Positions 30,428 through 39,554 of a stretch of DNA of 64,000 nucleotides are shown here, one piece after another; position 1 is the stretch's first letter, and each line of letters opens with the position of its first letter. Both the position numbers and the translations under genes were made by a program. Below the pieces are notes generated by a model that was not told the DNA's origin, did not search any database, and saw only the letters and a list, made by a program, of their open reading frames with translations. The DNA is from Thermoprotei archaeon (GTDB lineage: Archaea > Thermoproteota > Thermoprotei > Thermoproteales > B15-G16), in NCBI GenBank assembly GCA_003649205.1, contig QMRC01000002.1, positions 192,001-256,000 of the forward strand. Direction: 5' to 3'.

Positions 30428-31033
30428 TTGAGAGCTAGGTGTCGTAGGATGGGTACTGTTGTCTTCATAGCACTTTTCGACGGAGTACACCAACGTGAAC
30501 TCTCACCAATCAAGAGTACCCTAGAATCTCGTAGCTTCAGTACCAGGATACTAGCAGTAGACAATGATATACCAATCAACTATTGGTGTCAACTAAGTAA
30601 GTTGAGTGCTGAAGACCTCAGCAAGTTAGTGGACGAAGGTAACGCACTAGTGATATTGGGAGGATATAGACTTTACTACATCGTGACTGGGAAGAAACCA
30701 GCTAAGATCAAGTACAGGAAGCCTTGTCCCGGTTTAAGCAATCTACTCGAAATAATTAAGTTATTTAATGAGAGAAAAAAGATAATAGCCACAGCACTTG
30801 CAGGACCAGCACTCTTAGCTAGACTAGGTATACTAAAAGGGAAGAGAGCAACTGTACTACCCACAACAGACCTAGTGTATATAATGAGGGAAAACGGTGT
30901 TGAGATCACGTACAGTCCAGTCGAAGTATCAGACAACATTATAACCGCAAAGAACATCGAAGATATACCACTACTAGCTCGTACACTGGTTGAAGTACTT
31001 GAAAAACAAACACCAAAAGCGATTACTGCTTAA
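30428..31033 (+). CDS. DJ-1/PfpI family protein lacking the nucleophile Cys
   Basis: VILGG, GPALLARLGILKGKRAT and DNIITA motifs. Confidence 0.75.
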   Translation: MRARCRRMGTVVFIALFDGVHQRELSPIKSTLESRSFSTRILAVDNDIPINYWCQLSKLSAEDLSKLVDEGNALVILGGYRLYYIVTGKKPAKIKYRKPCPGLSNLLEIIKLFNERKKIIATALAGPALLARLGILKGKRATVLPTTDLVYIMRENGVEITYSPVEVSDNIITAKNIEDIPLLARTLVEVLEKQTPKAITA

Positions 31034-31087
31034 GCTTAGAAACGTTAAAATTCCCTTACATAAGTTCTAGGCTCTGAGGAGTAAACC

Positions 31088-33067
31088 ATGAAGCTGGAGA
31101 ACCTCGAAAGCAAGGTATTGGTAATAGATGTTACTAACCTCAACGTACGTGAGGAGAAGGTCAAGGGCATACTAGGACCAATTAGCTGGGGTCTACACTG
31201 TCACCTAGAGAAGTATGAGAGTTTCAAGTACGATGTCTTTGATGAGCACAACGTTCTGTGTGCTGGCATAGGTAAGTTAGCAGGTAGCGTAATACCTGGT
31301 ACACAGAGACTGGTATTCACCTTTAGATCACCGATAACAGGTGGTTTCTACATATCGTCGCTCGGAGGTGGAGGAATACCATTGCTAGCACTGGGGATAG
31401 ATTACCTCGTTGTAGAGGGTAGAGCTAGAGAGCCAGTCGTTGTACTCCTGAAGAACTTAGGTAAAGGTGTTGAGGCAGCCTTCGAGCCTCTACCTAGAGA
31501 AGAGTTGTTCAGAATTTATCGAGAGTACAGGGGTGAGATAGGAGTATATGCTCTCGAGAGGTACTTACTAGAGAAGTACAGAGATCAGTACCTTTACGAT
31601 GGTAGGTACGTCACATTTAGGATATACTGTGTAGGTCCTGCTGCTTGGAGTACAAGGTACGGCATGATATTCTCGTCAGTAATAAGGAACGGTGAGATAG
31701 ATGTAGGTGCTGAGGACTTTGCAGGTAGAGGAGGTGCCGGTTCAGTACTAGCTAGGTGTCACAATGTAGTAGCCATGCTCATCGGTGGTGTTGAGAGTAA
31801 GAGAACTTTCCCCGCAAGTGATCTAAGGGATGTGAAGGTAACTGATGACGTATTTAATTCAGTAATGGGTAAACCCATGAGTAAGGCAGCTTTTGATGCA
31901 ACAGTAAAGTACAGATATGACCCAAGTGTAGGTTCTGGCGGTACATTTGGAGTGAACATGTCGACACTTAAGGAGAAATCTGTCCTCTTCAACTGGAAGA
32001 GCATCTACCTAGGTAAGGAGGAAAGGTTAAGGTTATGGGAATCATTGATTAGAGACCACTACCTAAAGCAATTTAATGAGGAGATTATAGCCAATAAGCC
32101 AAAGACCTTCAAGACCTGTGGTGAGCCCTGTCCTGCAGTGTGCAAGAAGGTGTGGGGTAAGTACAAGAAGGACTATGAACCATATGCAGCACTAGGTTCC
32201 TTTATTGGTATATTTGATCAGAGAGAAGCAGAAAAGGTAGTTCACACAGCTGATGCTCTGGGTTACGACGCAATATACATAGGTCAGGTTATTGCTTGGG
32301 TATTTGAGTGTCTTGAGAAGGGACTTCTTACACCTAAGGACTTAGGTCTAGATAAGGTACCGTGCATAGATCCAGAGAATTACAGGATTGAGTACTCGAG
32401 CATGAATGCGGAGTTAGCCATCAAGGTACTTGAGGGTATTGCCTATGCATTAAATGACGTGTACAAGGTGCTTGGTGATGGAGCTAGGAGAGCAGCTTAC
32501 ATACTTGAGGAGAAGTTCAAGGACAGGGTAGCTAAGGTAGGTACTAGATTTAGAGATCTACTCGTCTACACACCATATGGTAAGGATGGCGACATGTTAC
32601 CTACGATGTACTGGGCTCCAGGTAACGTTATGCCAATACCAATACAGGGTAAGTACCTGACAGTATATCACACAGAATTTGCTGAACCTGAGGAATTTGC
32701 ACAGAAGTGCTTCACTAGAGCAATTAAGGAGCTGTACTCTGAAGAAGGTGGACTCTGTAGATTCCATAGAGGTTGGGGTGAGAAGGTATTGCCTAAGCTA
32801 ATTGAGGTAGGCTACGGTGTTAAGGTGAATATGGATGAACACTGTAGGGAGTTGCTGAAGAAGATTGCTGAGTATAATGTCAAAGCAGGTGCATCAGTTT
32901 GCTTCTGGGATAGTAGGAGAACAATTGACTATGTCTTCACAGCAGCTAAGGAAGTCGGATTCACTACATGGTTTGAGAAGTACCGTAGAGATCCTGAAGC
33001 AACAGCGAGAGAGTACTGGGAACGCTTTTACAGTAAGTACACGGAGCTGCTTGGTGTTAAGTTCTAG
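31088..33067 (+). CDS. gor: Glyceraldehyde-3-phosphate:ferredoxin oxidoreductase (GAPOR)
   Basis: AGRGGAGS, TCGEPCPAVCKK, DYEPY, YWAPG and GLCRFHRGW motifs. Confidence 0.9.
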   Translation: MKLENLESKVLVIDVTNLNVREEKVKGILGPISWGLHCHLEKYESFKYDVFDEHNVLCAGIGKLAGSVIPGTQRLVFTFRSPITGGFYISSLGGGGIPLLALGIDYLVVEGRAREPVVVLLKNLGKGVEAAFEPLPREELFRIYREYRGEIGVYALERYLLEKYRDQYLYDGRYVTFRIYCVGPAAWSTRYGMIFSSVIRNGEIDVGAEDFAGRGGAGSVLARCHNVVAMLIGGVESKRTFPASDLRDVKVTDDVFNSVMGKPMSKAAFDATVKYRYDPSVGSGGTFGVNMSTLKEKSVLFNWKSIYLGKEERLRLWESLIRDHYLKQFNEEIIANKPKTFKTCGEPCPAVCKKVWGKYKKDYEPYAALGSFIGIFDQREAEKVVHTADALGYDAIYIGQVIAWVFECLEKGLLTPKDLGLDKVPCIDPENYRIEYSSMNAELAIKVLEGIAYALNDVYKVLGDGARRAAYILEEKFKDRVAKVGTRFRDLLVYTPYGKDGDMLPTMYWAPGNVMPIPIQGKYLTVYHTEFAEPEEFAQKCFTRAIKELYSEEGGLCRFHRGWGEKVLPKLIEVGYGVKVNMDEHCRELLKKIAEYNVKAGASVCFWDSRRTIDYVFTAAKEVGFTTWFEKYRRDPEATAREYWERFYSKYTELLGVKF

Positions 33068-33085
33068 CTTCTTAGGTGTTGAGGA

Positions 33086-34207
33086 ATGGTCGACAGTAAG
33101 AAGCTCGAATTTTTTAAGATACCTCACTTCGTAGTTTTTGGCTCGAGAGCTATTGAGAAGATTCCTGAAGTACTTCGTAAAGTTGGTCTCCTACCTGATT
33201 CTAGGGTTGTCTTGTTGACTGGACCTACAACAACGTACAACATAGCTATGAATTTGGTCTACCCTAAGCTTGAGGAAGTGACTACTCATGTGGAGGTTGT
33301 TAAAGTAGTACGTGAGGGTGATATGGTTAGATTTTTACTTGAATTAAGAGGGTTTGTGAAGAGGTTTGAACCGTCTATAATAGTCGCTGTTGGTGGTGGT
33401 TCAGTAATTGACTGTGCTAAGGTCATTGCACACTGGCTAGGTATACCATACATCACTGTACCTACTAGTGCTAGCCATGATGGAATAGCATCCCCTGCAA
33501 TATCGTACCTACTTAGGAAGAAGTTGAGTGAGTGTATTGGTGGTGATTACTCAATACTTGATCCACCGATTGCTGTTGTGGCGGATATTGATGTTATATC
33601 GAGAGCACCGTATAGGTTGTTAGCCGCTGGTTGTGGTGACTTAATAGCTAAGTTAACAGCTGTTAGGGATTGGAAGTTAGCACATAGGCTTAAGGGTGAG
33701 GACTATAGCGAGTACGCTGCCTCTCTTGCAATTTCTAGTGCCAAGTTGGTCATGCATAAGGCTGATTACATACCTAAGCTAAGTGAGGATAGCGTTAGAA
33801 CTGTCGTTAAGGCATTAATTGGCTGTGGTGTAGCGATGAGTATTGCTGGTTCATCAAGACCTTGTAGTGGTGCTGAGCACCTCTTCAGTCATGCTCTAGA
33901 TTACCTATCTGAGAAGTATGGATTCAAACCAGCACATCATGGTGAGCAGGTTGGTGTGGGTACAATACTCATGGCGTATCTACACGGTATGAGGTGGTGG
34001 TTAATCAAGAAATTTCTACGGAAGGTTAAGGCACCTACAACAGCTGAGGAGTTGGGTATTGAACCTAAGTACTTGGTAATGGCTCTAACTATAGCTCATA
34101 AGATAAGACCTGAGAGGTACACTATACTTGGTGATTCAGGTATTTCCGAGAAAGCTGCATGGAAGTTAATTAGGGTAACAGGTGTAGTGGGTGAGAGTAG
34201 TGATTGA
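33086..34207 (+). CDS. egsA: sn-Glycerol-1-phosphate dehydrogenase
   Basis: GGGSVID, PTSASHDGIASP, SGAEHLFSH and HGEQVG motifs. Confidence 0.95.
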   Translation: MVDSKKLEFFKIPHFVVFGSRAIEKIPEVLRKVGLLPDSRVVLLTGPTTTYNIAMNLVYPKLEEVTTHVEVVKVVREGDMVRFLLELRGFVKRFEPSIIVAVGGGSVIDCAKVIAHWLGIPYITVPTSASHDGIASPAISYLLRKKLSECIGGDYSILDPPIAVVADIDVISRAPYRLLAAGCGDLIAKLTAVRDWKLAHRLKGEDYSEYAASLAISSAKLVMHKADYIPKLSEDSVRTVVKALIGCGVAMSIAGSSRPCSGAEHLFSHALDYLSEKYGFKPAHHGEQVGVGTILMAYLHGMRWWLIKKFLRKVKAPTTAEELGIEPKYLVMALTIAHKIRPERYTILGDSGISEKAAWKLIRVTGVVGESSD

Positions 34208-34955
34208 CGTTCACTGCCACCTCACTGATGACTCCTTCATCAATGATCTTGAGGAGGTAATTGTGAGAGCTAAGAGAGCAGGGGTCATCTGCATCATAAC
34301 CTCAGTTATCCGTGCTAGGGAGATACCTAGAGCTGAGGAAATAGTTGGGAAGTACAGAGGATACGTCTATCTCTCAGTTGGGTGTGATCCCACAGTCTTT
34401 GACTACAGAGAAATTGAGGAGTTGATGAGCTATGTAGAGAGGAAGTTACCTGAGGTAATTGCTATTGGTGAGGTTGGTCTAGATTACTTCCTGGTTAGAG
34501 ACCACATACTTAGGGAGGTTCAGAAGAGCAATTTCATCAAGTGGATTGAGCTAGCAAATCGTGTAGATAGACCGCTGGTCATCCACTCTAGATCAGCTGG
34601 GAAGTACGCAATTGAGATTTTAATGGGCAGAGCTAAGGTACCTGTAGTGATGCATGCCTATGACGGTGGTGTCTCACATGCTGAGAAAGCTGCCGAGAAG
34701 GGTTTCTACTTCTCAATTCCACCTACAGTGGTTACGTCGGATCAGAAACAGAAGCTAGTTAAAGTACTTCCACTTGAGAATCTCCTACTTGAGAGTGATG
34801 CTCCTGTTCTCTCACCGAAACGAGGAGTAAGGAACGAACCAGCGAACATAGCTATTGCCGTTAGGAAGATAGCTGAGATAAAGGGGGTTGGTGTCGAGAA
34901 GGTCATTGAGGTGACTACTGAAAACGCTAAGAGAATATTCAGGCTGAGACTATGA
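34191..34955 (+). CDS. TatD family hydrolase
   Basis: DVHCH, IGEVGLDY, IHSR and LLESDAP motifs. Confidence 0.92.
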   Translation: MRVVIDVHCHLTDDSFINDLEEVIVRAKRAGVICIITSVIRAREIPRAEEIVGKYRGYVYLSVGCDPTVFDYREIEELMSYVERKLPEVIAIGEVGLDYFLVRDHILREVQKSNFIKWIELANRVDRPLVIHSRSAGKYAIEILMGRAKVPVVMHAYDGGVSHAEKAAEKGFYFSIPPTVVTSDQKQKLVKVLPLENLLLESDAPVLSPKRGVRNEPANIAIAVRKIAEIKGVGVEKVIEVTTENAKRIFRLRL

Positions 34956-35005
34956 TCAGCTCGCCAGCTCGCAATCACAGTTCATCAGATAGGTAAACTC
35001 ATCAC
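34956..35005 (-). ncRNA. C/D-box sRNA, 3' unit of a tandem
   Basis: GTGATGA-GTTTACCTAT-CTGA-TGAACT-GTGATTG-CGAGCTGGCGAG-CTGA; D guide antisense to conserved 16S TCGCCAGCTCG. Confidence 0.8.
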
Positions 35006-35087
35006 TGGTACCGGGGAAGTGGGGGCTCGTCGAGGTGAAGCTCGGGCACCCTGTGATTCCCGCCGGAAACCTTTCACTCATCGCCCC
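35002..35087 (-). ncRNA. Extended C/D-like RNA with internal hairpin, 5' unit of a tandem
   Basis: GCGATGA..CCGA/CGACGA K-turn-like pair..GTGA; GC-rich; TTTTAA about 25 nt upstream. Confidence 0.5.
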
Positions 35088-35236
35088 AAGAATTACCTCA
35101 AGATTAGCAACGTTAAAATTTCTTTCCTCTAACGACATCGTAGTGAAGTGATCTCTCTCGAGTATTAGGAACCTGGGTTTCTGATTGATGAGGATAAGGT
35201 CCGCCAGCGATGACATCACCTGATGAACTGTAACCC

Positions 35237-36292
35237 ATGAAGATCACGAAACTACTCATAACACTTGAACCCTATACCAGAGGTGAGGAAAGTAAGGTAC
35301 TCACAATACTGAGTAAACTAACTTCACGAAGTAGTGTAAACTTCGTAATTAAACCATACAGATCTACTATTGGTAGGAGATTAGTTGTTGAGTTGGGGGA
35401 TGAAGTTGATGTACCTAAGGCACTTGAGGTAGCTAAGTTACTTAAGGAATGTCCTCATGTAGCTAGAGTACTCGTACTCCTGAATGAAGGACTTCCAGTG
35501 GACTTAGGGCATCTATGTAGTAGAGCTATTGAGTTACTATCTCCTGTTGTAGAGTGCTTAAGACCTAAATCGTTCAAGGTGATAGCTAAGAGAGTATGGA
35601 GCGATTACCCATTAACAAGCACCGAGGTAGCTAGTAAACTGGGTTCTGTAGTCAATGAGAGATTCTCCATACCTGTTGACGTTCATGCACCTGAGTTCAT
35701 TGTGTATGTGGAGGTACATAGAGAACACGCTATTCTGGGATTTTCAACGTATGAACTATATTTCAGTAGGTGGAAGTGTTTACCGAAGAACTTCTTCGAG
35801 GACGTAGTTGTTCTACTCGAGAATCCTTGTCTAGAACTAGAGATCATGGACCTCGTTAGGCTGTGTGTTGCCTATGGTATTGAGCTGAGAGTAGTTGGTA
35901 AGGATAAGGTTAGGGAAATGATTGAGAAGGCTAGATCCTTGATGAAAGGTGCTGGTCAGAGAGCTTCCATAAGCTACTTCACGTCACTCAATGAGGCACT
36001 AAGTGGGGTAGATGTGACAATTGCTCTTAGTAGATACGCTCGTCTCAATGAGGAGGATCTAATCAAGATACTGGATACCTGCATTCGAAATGGTAAGAAG
36101 ATTTGCTTCCTCATAGGTAACGAGTACAAGGGCTTGAGTGTTGAAGCACGTGAGAGAGCAAACTACATAGTTAGGCTAGGTCCTGAGCATGGTTTTTCAC
36201 TCAGGGGTGTAGCGGCTCTAGCATATACACTAGGAATTTACGCAACAGTTAAGTTAGGGATTAAACCACTACACTACGGAATGGCCCCGTAG
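35237..36292 (+). CDS. THUMP + SPOUT RNA methyltransferase (TrmTS-like)
   Basis: THUMP motifs SFKVIAKR and VDVHAPEFIVYVEV; SPOUT motif FLIGNEYKGLS..VRL..SL. Confidence 0.8.
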   Translation: MKITKLLITLEPYTRGEESKVLTILSKLTSRSSVNFVIKPYRSTIGRRLVVELGDEVDVPKALEVAKLLKECPHVARVLVLLNEGLPVDLGHLCSRAIELLSPVVECLRPKSFKVIAKRVWSDYPLTSTEVASKLGSVVNERFSIPVDVHAPEFIVYVEVHREHAILGFSTYELYFSRWKCLPKNFFEDVVVLLENPCLELEIMDLVRLCVAYGIELRVVGKDKVREMIEKARSLMKGAGQRASISYFTSLNEALSGVDVTIALSRYARLNEEDLIKILDTCIRNGKKICFLIGNEYKGLSVEARERANYIVRLGPEHGFSLRGVAALAYTLGIYATVKLGIKPLHYGMAP

Positions 36293-36356
36293 CCTAGCCT
36301 GGAAGGGCGGCGGCCTTCGGAGCCGCAGGTCCCGGGTTCAAATCCCGGCGGGGCCG
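36283..36356 (+). tRNA. tRNA-Arg(TCG)
   Basis: GGCCCCG/CGGGGCC acceptor stem, GCGGC-CTTCGGA-GCCGC, discriminator G, CCA not encoded. Confidence 0.95.
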
Positions 36357-36384
36357 CTAACTACCTACATCCCACGGTGATACT

Positions 36385-37542
36385 GTGACTGATGAATACC
36401 GTCAACTCCTCAACTTACTTAGGAGTAGTGAAGCAGCTGGTACTGTAGTGAGGGACATAGAGAGGTTATCTAGGGGCATTGACAACGTTAAGATAGTTCA
36501 TGTCTGTGGTACTCACGAACACACAATATCTAGGTTTGGTATTAGGTTAATACTGCCTAAGAACGTCAAGTTAATTGCAGGTCCTGGTTGCCCAGTCTGT
36601 ATCACACCTGCGAGTGAAATCGATGCTGTTATCGAGCTAGCTCTCTCCGGTGTGGCAGTACTTACGTTTGGTGACATGCTTCGTGTACCTGGAAGTGAGT
36701 TATCTCTCTTTCAAGCTAGAAGTAGGGGGGCAGATGTAAGAGTTGTGTACAGCTTTCTCGATGCAATTAAGGTAGCTAGATCTGAACCAAGTAGGGAGTT
36801 TGTGTTCTTTGCAATCGGTTTCGAGACAACAGCTGCAACAGTAGCACCGTACATAGCGCTTGGTAAGGTACCTGAAAACCTAAGTCTCTTTGTCTCTCAT
36901 AGATTGATACCTCCAGCTATGGAATTCATGTCACTACTTAGACATGGAGCTGATGCGTACATAGCTCCGGGTCATGTATCTACAATAATTGGGTGTAAGC
37001 CCTACGAGGTGTTTCCTAAGGTGTATAGACAGAGTGTTGTCATTGCTGGATTTGAGCCTCTTGATGTTTTACTTGCTGTAAAAACAATATTGGATTTAAC
37101 TAAGCGAGGAGACGTCAAGCTAGTTAATGAGTATAGTAGGGCTGTCAGATACGAGGGTAATGTCTTGGCTCTCAAGTACATGTACCGTGTCTTCGAGGTC
37201 GTAGATGGTGCTTGGAGGGGTATTGGTGTGATTCCTCAGTCTAAGCTATGTCTGAGAAGTGAGTATCGTAGGTATGATGCTGTGGAGAGGTATGGAATTA
37301 GTATTCGACGTGGTATAGATGTTAGACCAGGTTGTAGATGTGGTGATGTGATTGTTGGTAGAGCTGTTCCAACTGATTGTCCGTACTTCGCTAAGGTATG
37401 TACGCCGAATAACCCACTAGGGCCATGTATGGTCTCAATGGAGGGTACCTGTCGTATTTGGTATCAGTTTGAGAGGACGAGAGGTGGTGAGGTATCTGAG
37501 AGGGAACGAGCTACTGAGTATCTATATAACTCGTCTTCGTAG
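36385..37542 (+). CDS. hypD: Hydrogenase maturation protein HypD
   Basis: HVCGTHEH, GPGCPVC, GFETT, PGHVS and GPCMVSxEGTC motifs. Confidence 0.96.
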   Translation: MTDEYRQLLNLLRSSEAAGTVVRDIERLSRGIDNVKIVHVCGTHEHTISRFGIRLILPKNVKLIAGPGCPVCITPASEIDAVIELALSGVAVLTFGDMLRVPGSELSLFQARSRGADVRVVYSFLDAIKVARSEPSREFVFFAIGFETTAATVAPYIALGKVPENLSLFVSHRLIPPAMEFMSLLRHGADAYIAPGHVSTIIGCKPYEVFPKVYRQSVVIAGFEPLDVLLAVKTILDLTKRGDVKLVNEYSRAVRYEGNVLALKYMYRVFEVVDGAWRGIGVIPQSKLCLRSEYRRYDAVERYGISIRRGIDVRPGCRCGDVIVGRAVPTDCPYFAKVCTPNNPLGPCMVSMEGTCRIWYQFERTRGGEVSERERATEYLYNSSS

Positions 37543-39544
37543 ATTTTACAGGGAGCTGCTAACACATTACTATGAAGTTCGGATTTATGGTGACGGTATT
37601 AGGTGTGAGTTCTGTGGTAGACATTGCTTTGTTGAGAAGGGTAGCACTGGGTCTTGTGGTCTTAGCTATGAATCTATTGCTGCTAAGAAGTTACTGATGT
37701 GGGCTGTTATCGGTCTTAGTACTCACCTACACTCACTCAATACCTTAATGAGGTACTGTGGAGCTGATATACTACCTCGTATCAAGACCTCTAGTGGTGT
37801 GTACATTATCGAATCTGTGGTGGGTAAAGTACCTGAGAGTTTGGGTGAATTACGTGACTTAGTCTATGAGCTGAATGAGGTTTGTAATTGGTTGGTAGCA
37901 CAACTACATTTTGGTCAGGAGAGTTCGGTTGTTGAGTTAGTGTCTCTCAGTCTATTTGCTGGTCTTCTAGACTTAATGGTTTGTGAACTCTATGAATTGA
38001 TCAACGGTGTTATGAGGAAGGTTAAGGGTTCCTCTCCTAGACGTGAATTGAGGAGGGTACCTGTTGCGCGTTATAGGGTAGGTAAGCCGAGTATACTTGT
38101 GATTGGTCATAATTCACCTATTGTTGCTGAGTTAGTTGATTTGGTTAAGAAACGTGGGATTGATGTGCAGATCTATGGTCTCTGCTGTAGTGCTCACGAG
38201 CTTTCACACTACGTGGATGAGAGTGGTAAGTTCTTCTTTGCTGGTTCTTTAGCTGAGCAGGTTGAGGCTGTGGCTTCAGGTATAGCGGATGTTGTTGTCA
38301 TAGATGAGCAGTGCATTATGCCTCTTGTACTCACTATTGCGGATGAGCTAGGTATCATTACTGTACTGACGAGTCCATCTATATGTAGTGATGCTCCTGA
38401 TTTAACGTACTTAGGTAGTTGTAGCGATATCGTTAGAAAGGTTGTAGAGAACAAGGTAAAGAGGTTCGTTGTGAGCAATGTTAGGTTAGCTGCTGAGGTA
38501 GCTATTGAGCTAGCTAAGTATCGTTGGCTTAGTGGTGGTTATAGGGATAGTATAGGATTGTTAGCTAGATGTAGTGATTGTCTTCAATGCCTTAAATTGA
38601 GTACTTGCTCTACTGAACAACCTACTACGTGTTGCGATTGCGTTCTATGCCTTGAAGCTTGTCCCGTAGATTACCCAATCTCTAGGTACCTACAGTTGAG
38701 GACATGTAGCACTCACGAAGTACACTACGTGGTTTCTGGTCTAGACCAGGTACCTAGAGCTGAAATTCACGATGTAGCACCGACCTACGTAATGGGCTTC
38801 GTTCCTGGAATAGTAGCTGTCACTGGCTGTCCTGAGTATCCTCACTCCTACAGCGATCTATCAACTTTAGTACAGGAACTTATGTCACTAGGCTTTACAG
38901 TTCTATCAGCTGGTTGCACGGCCATTGTCCTTAGCTACTTTGGAGCTTATGAGCATGGCGCTTTAGGCTTTACCAGAGGTGGTTTATTGAACTTTGGTTC
39001 CTGTTTCGGTAATGTACGTATTGTCGAGTCGGTAATTGAGTTAGTACGTAAGTGGAGTGGATTAGAGGTACGTGGTAACTACGAGAAGATCTTTAGCGAG
39101 ATCTTACTGAGGATACCTATAGTAGCAGCACTACCTGGATTACTAACAGAGAAAGCTCTTGCTCTAGCGCTTGGCTTTACTTCATTTGGGATACCGACTC
39201 TTGTTCGATCTACAGCAGTAACGAGGTTACTCAGCATAGTCGGTAGGGAGTGTAGTAAGTACTTTGATAGACGGTGTAGAGCTATCCTCACACTACCTAC
39301 AGTACCCCCTACACTATTCACATCAGTAAGTAAGAGGGAACTACTTACAACAATTTTGCTCTGTAGTATGAGACATTGTGAATCTCCTTACTCAAGGAGG
39401 GTGAAGTACCGTGTACTTCATGAACAGGGTATTGACATAGCGAAGTATGTACGTACTTTCTACGAGCTTCCAGATGGGATCACCGTGGAGGAGGTAAAGC
39501 CGGGCTATGTACCTGACTTGGAGCTAGTAGTGAGTAGCAGCTAG
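37469..39544 (+). CDS. Divergent CO dehydrogenase, archaeal CdhA type (start may be GTG 37484/37487)
   Basis: CxxCx3Cx9CG, HFGQES, VIGHN, GLCC, DEQC, ferredoxin insert, GCPEYP, AGC, GSC and EKA motifs. Confidence 0.8.
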   Translation: MRGREVVRYLRGNELLSIYITRLRRFYRELLTHYYEVRIYGDGIRCEFCGRHCFVEKGSTGSCGLSYESIAAKKLLMWAVIGLSTHLHSLNTLMRYCGADILPRIKTSSGVYIIESVVGKVPESLGELRDLVYELNEVCNWLVAQLHFGQESSVVELVSLSLFAGLLDLMVCELYELINGVMRKVKGSSPRRELRRVPVARYRVGKPSILVIGHNSPIVAELVDLVKKRGIDVQIYGLCCSAHELSHYVDESGKFFFAGSLAEQVEAVASGIADVVVIDEQCIMPLVLTIADELGIITVLTSPSICSDAPDLTYLGSCSDIVRKVVENKVKRFVVSNVRLAAEVAIELAKYRWLSGGYRDSIGLLARCSDCLQCLKLSTCSTEQPTTCCDCVLCLEACPVDYPISRYLQLRTCSTHEVHYVVSGLDQVPRAEIHDVAPTYVMGFVPGIVAVTGCPEYPHSYSDLSTLVQELMSLGFTVLSAGCTAIVLSYFGAYEHGALGFTRGGLLNFGSCFGNVRIVESVIELVRKWSGLEVRGNYEKIFSEILLRIPIVAALPGLLTEKALALALGFTSFGIPTLVRSTAVTRLLSIVGRECSKYFDRRCRAILTLPTVPPTLFTSVSKRELLTTILLCSMRHCESPYSRRVKYRVLHEQGIDIAKYVRTFYELPDGITVEEVKPGYVPDLELVVSSS

Positions 39545-39554
39545 GTACTCTCGA

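Noticed and set aside
34956-35219. 87-aa minus-strand ORF
   Set aside because: Coincides with structured C/D RNAs and has no protein motif
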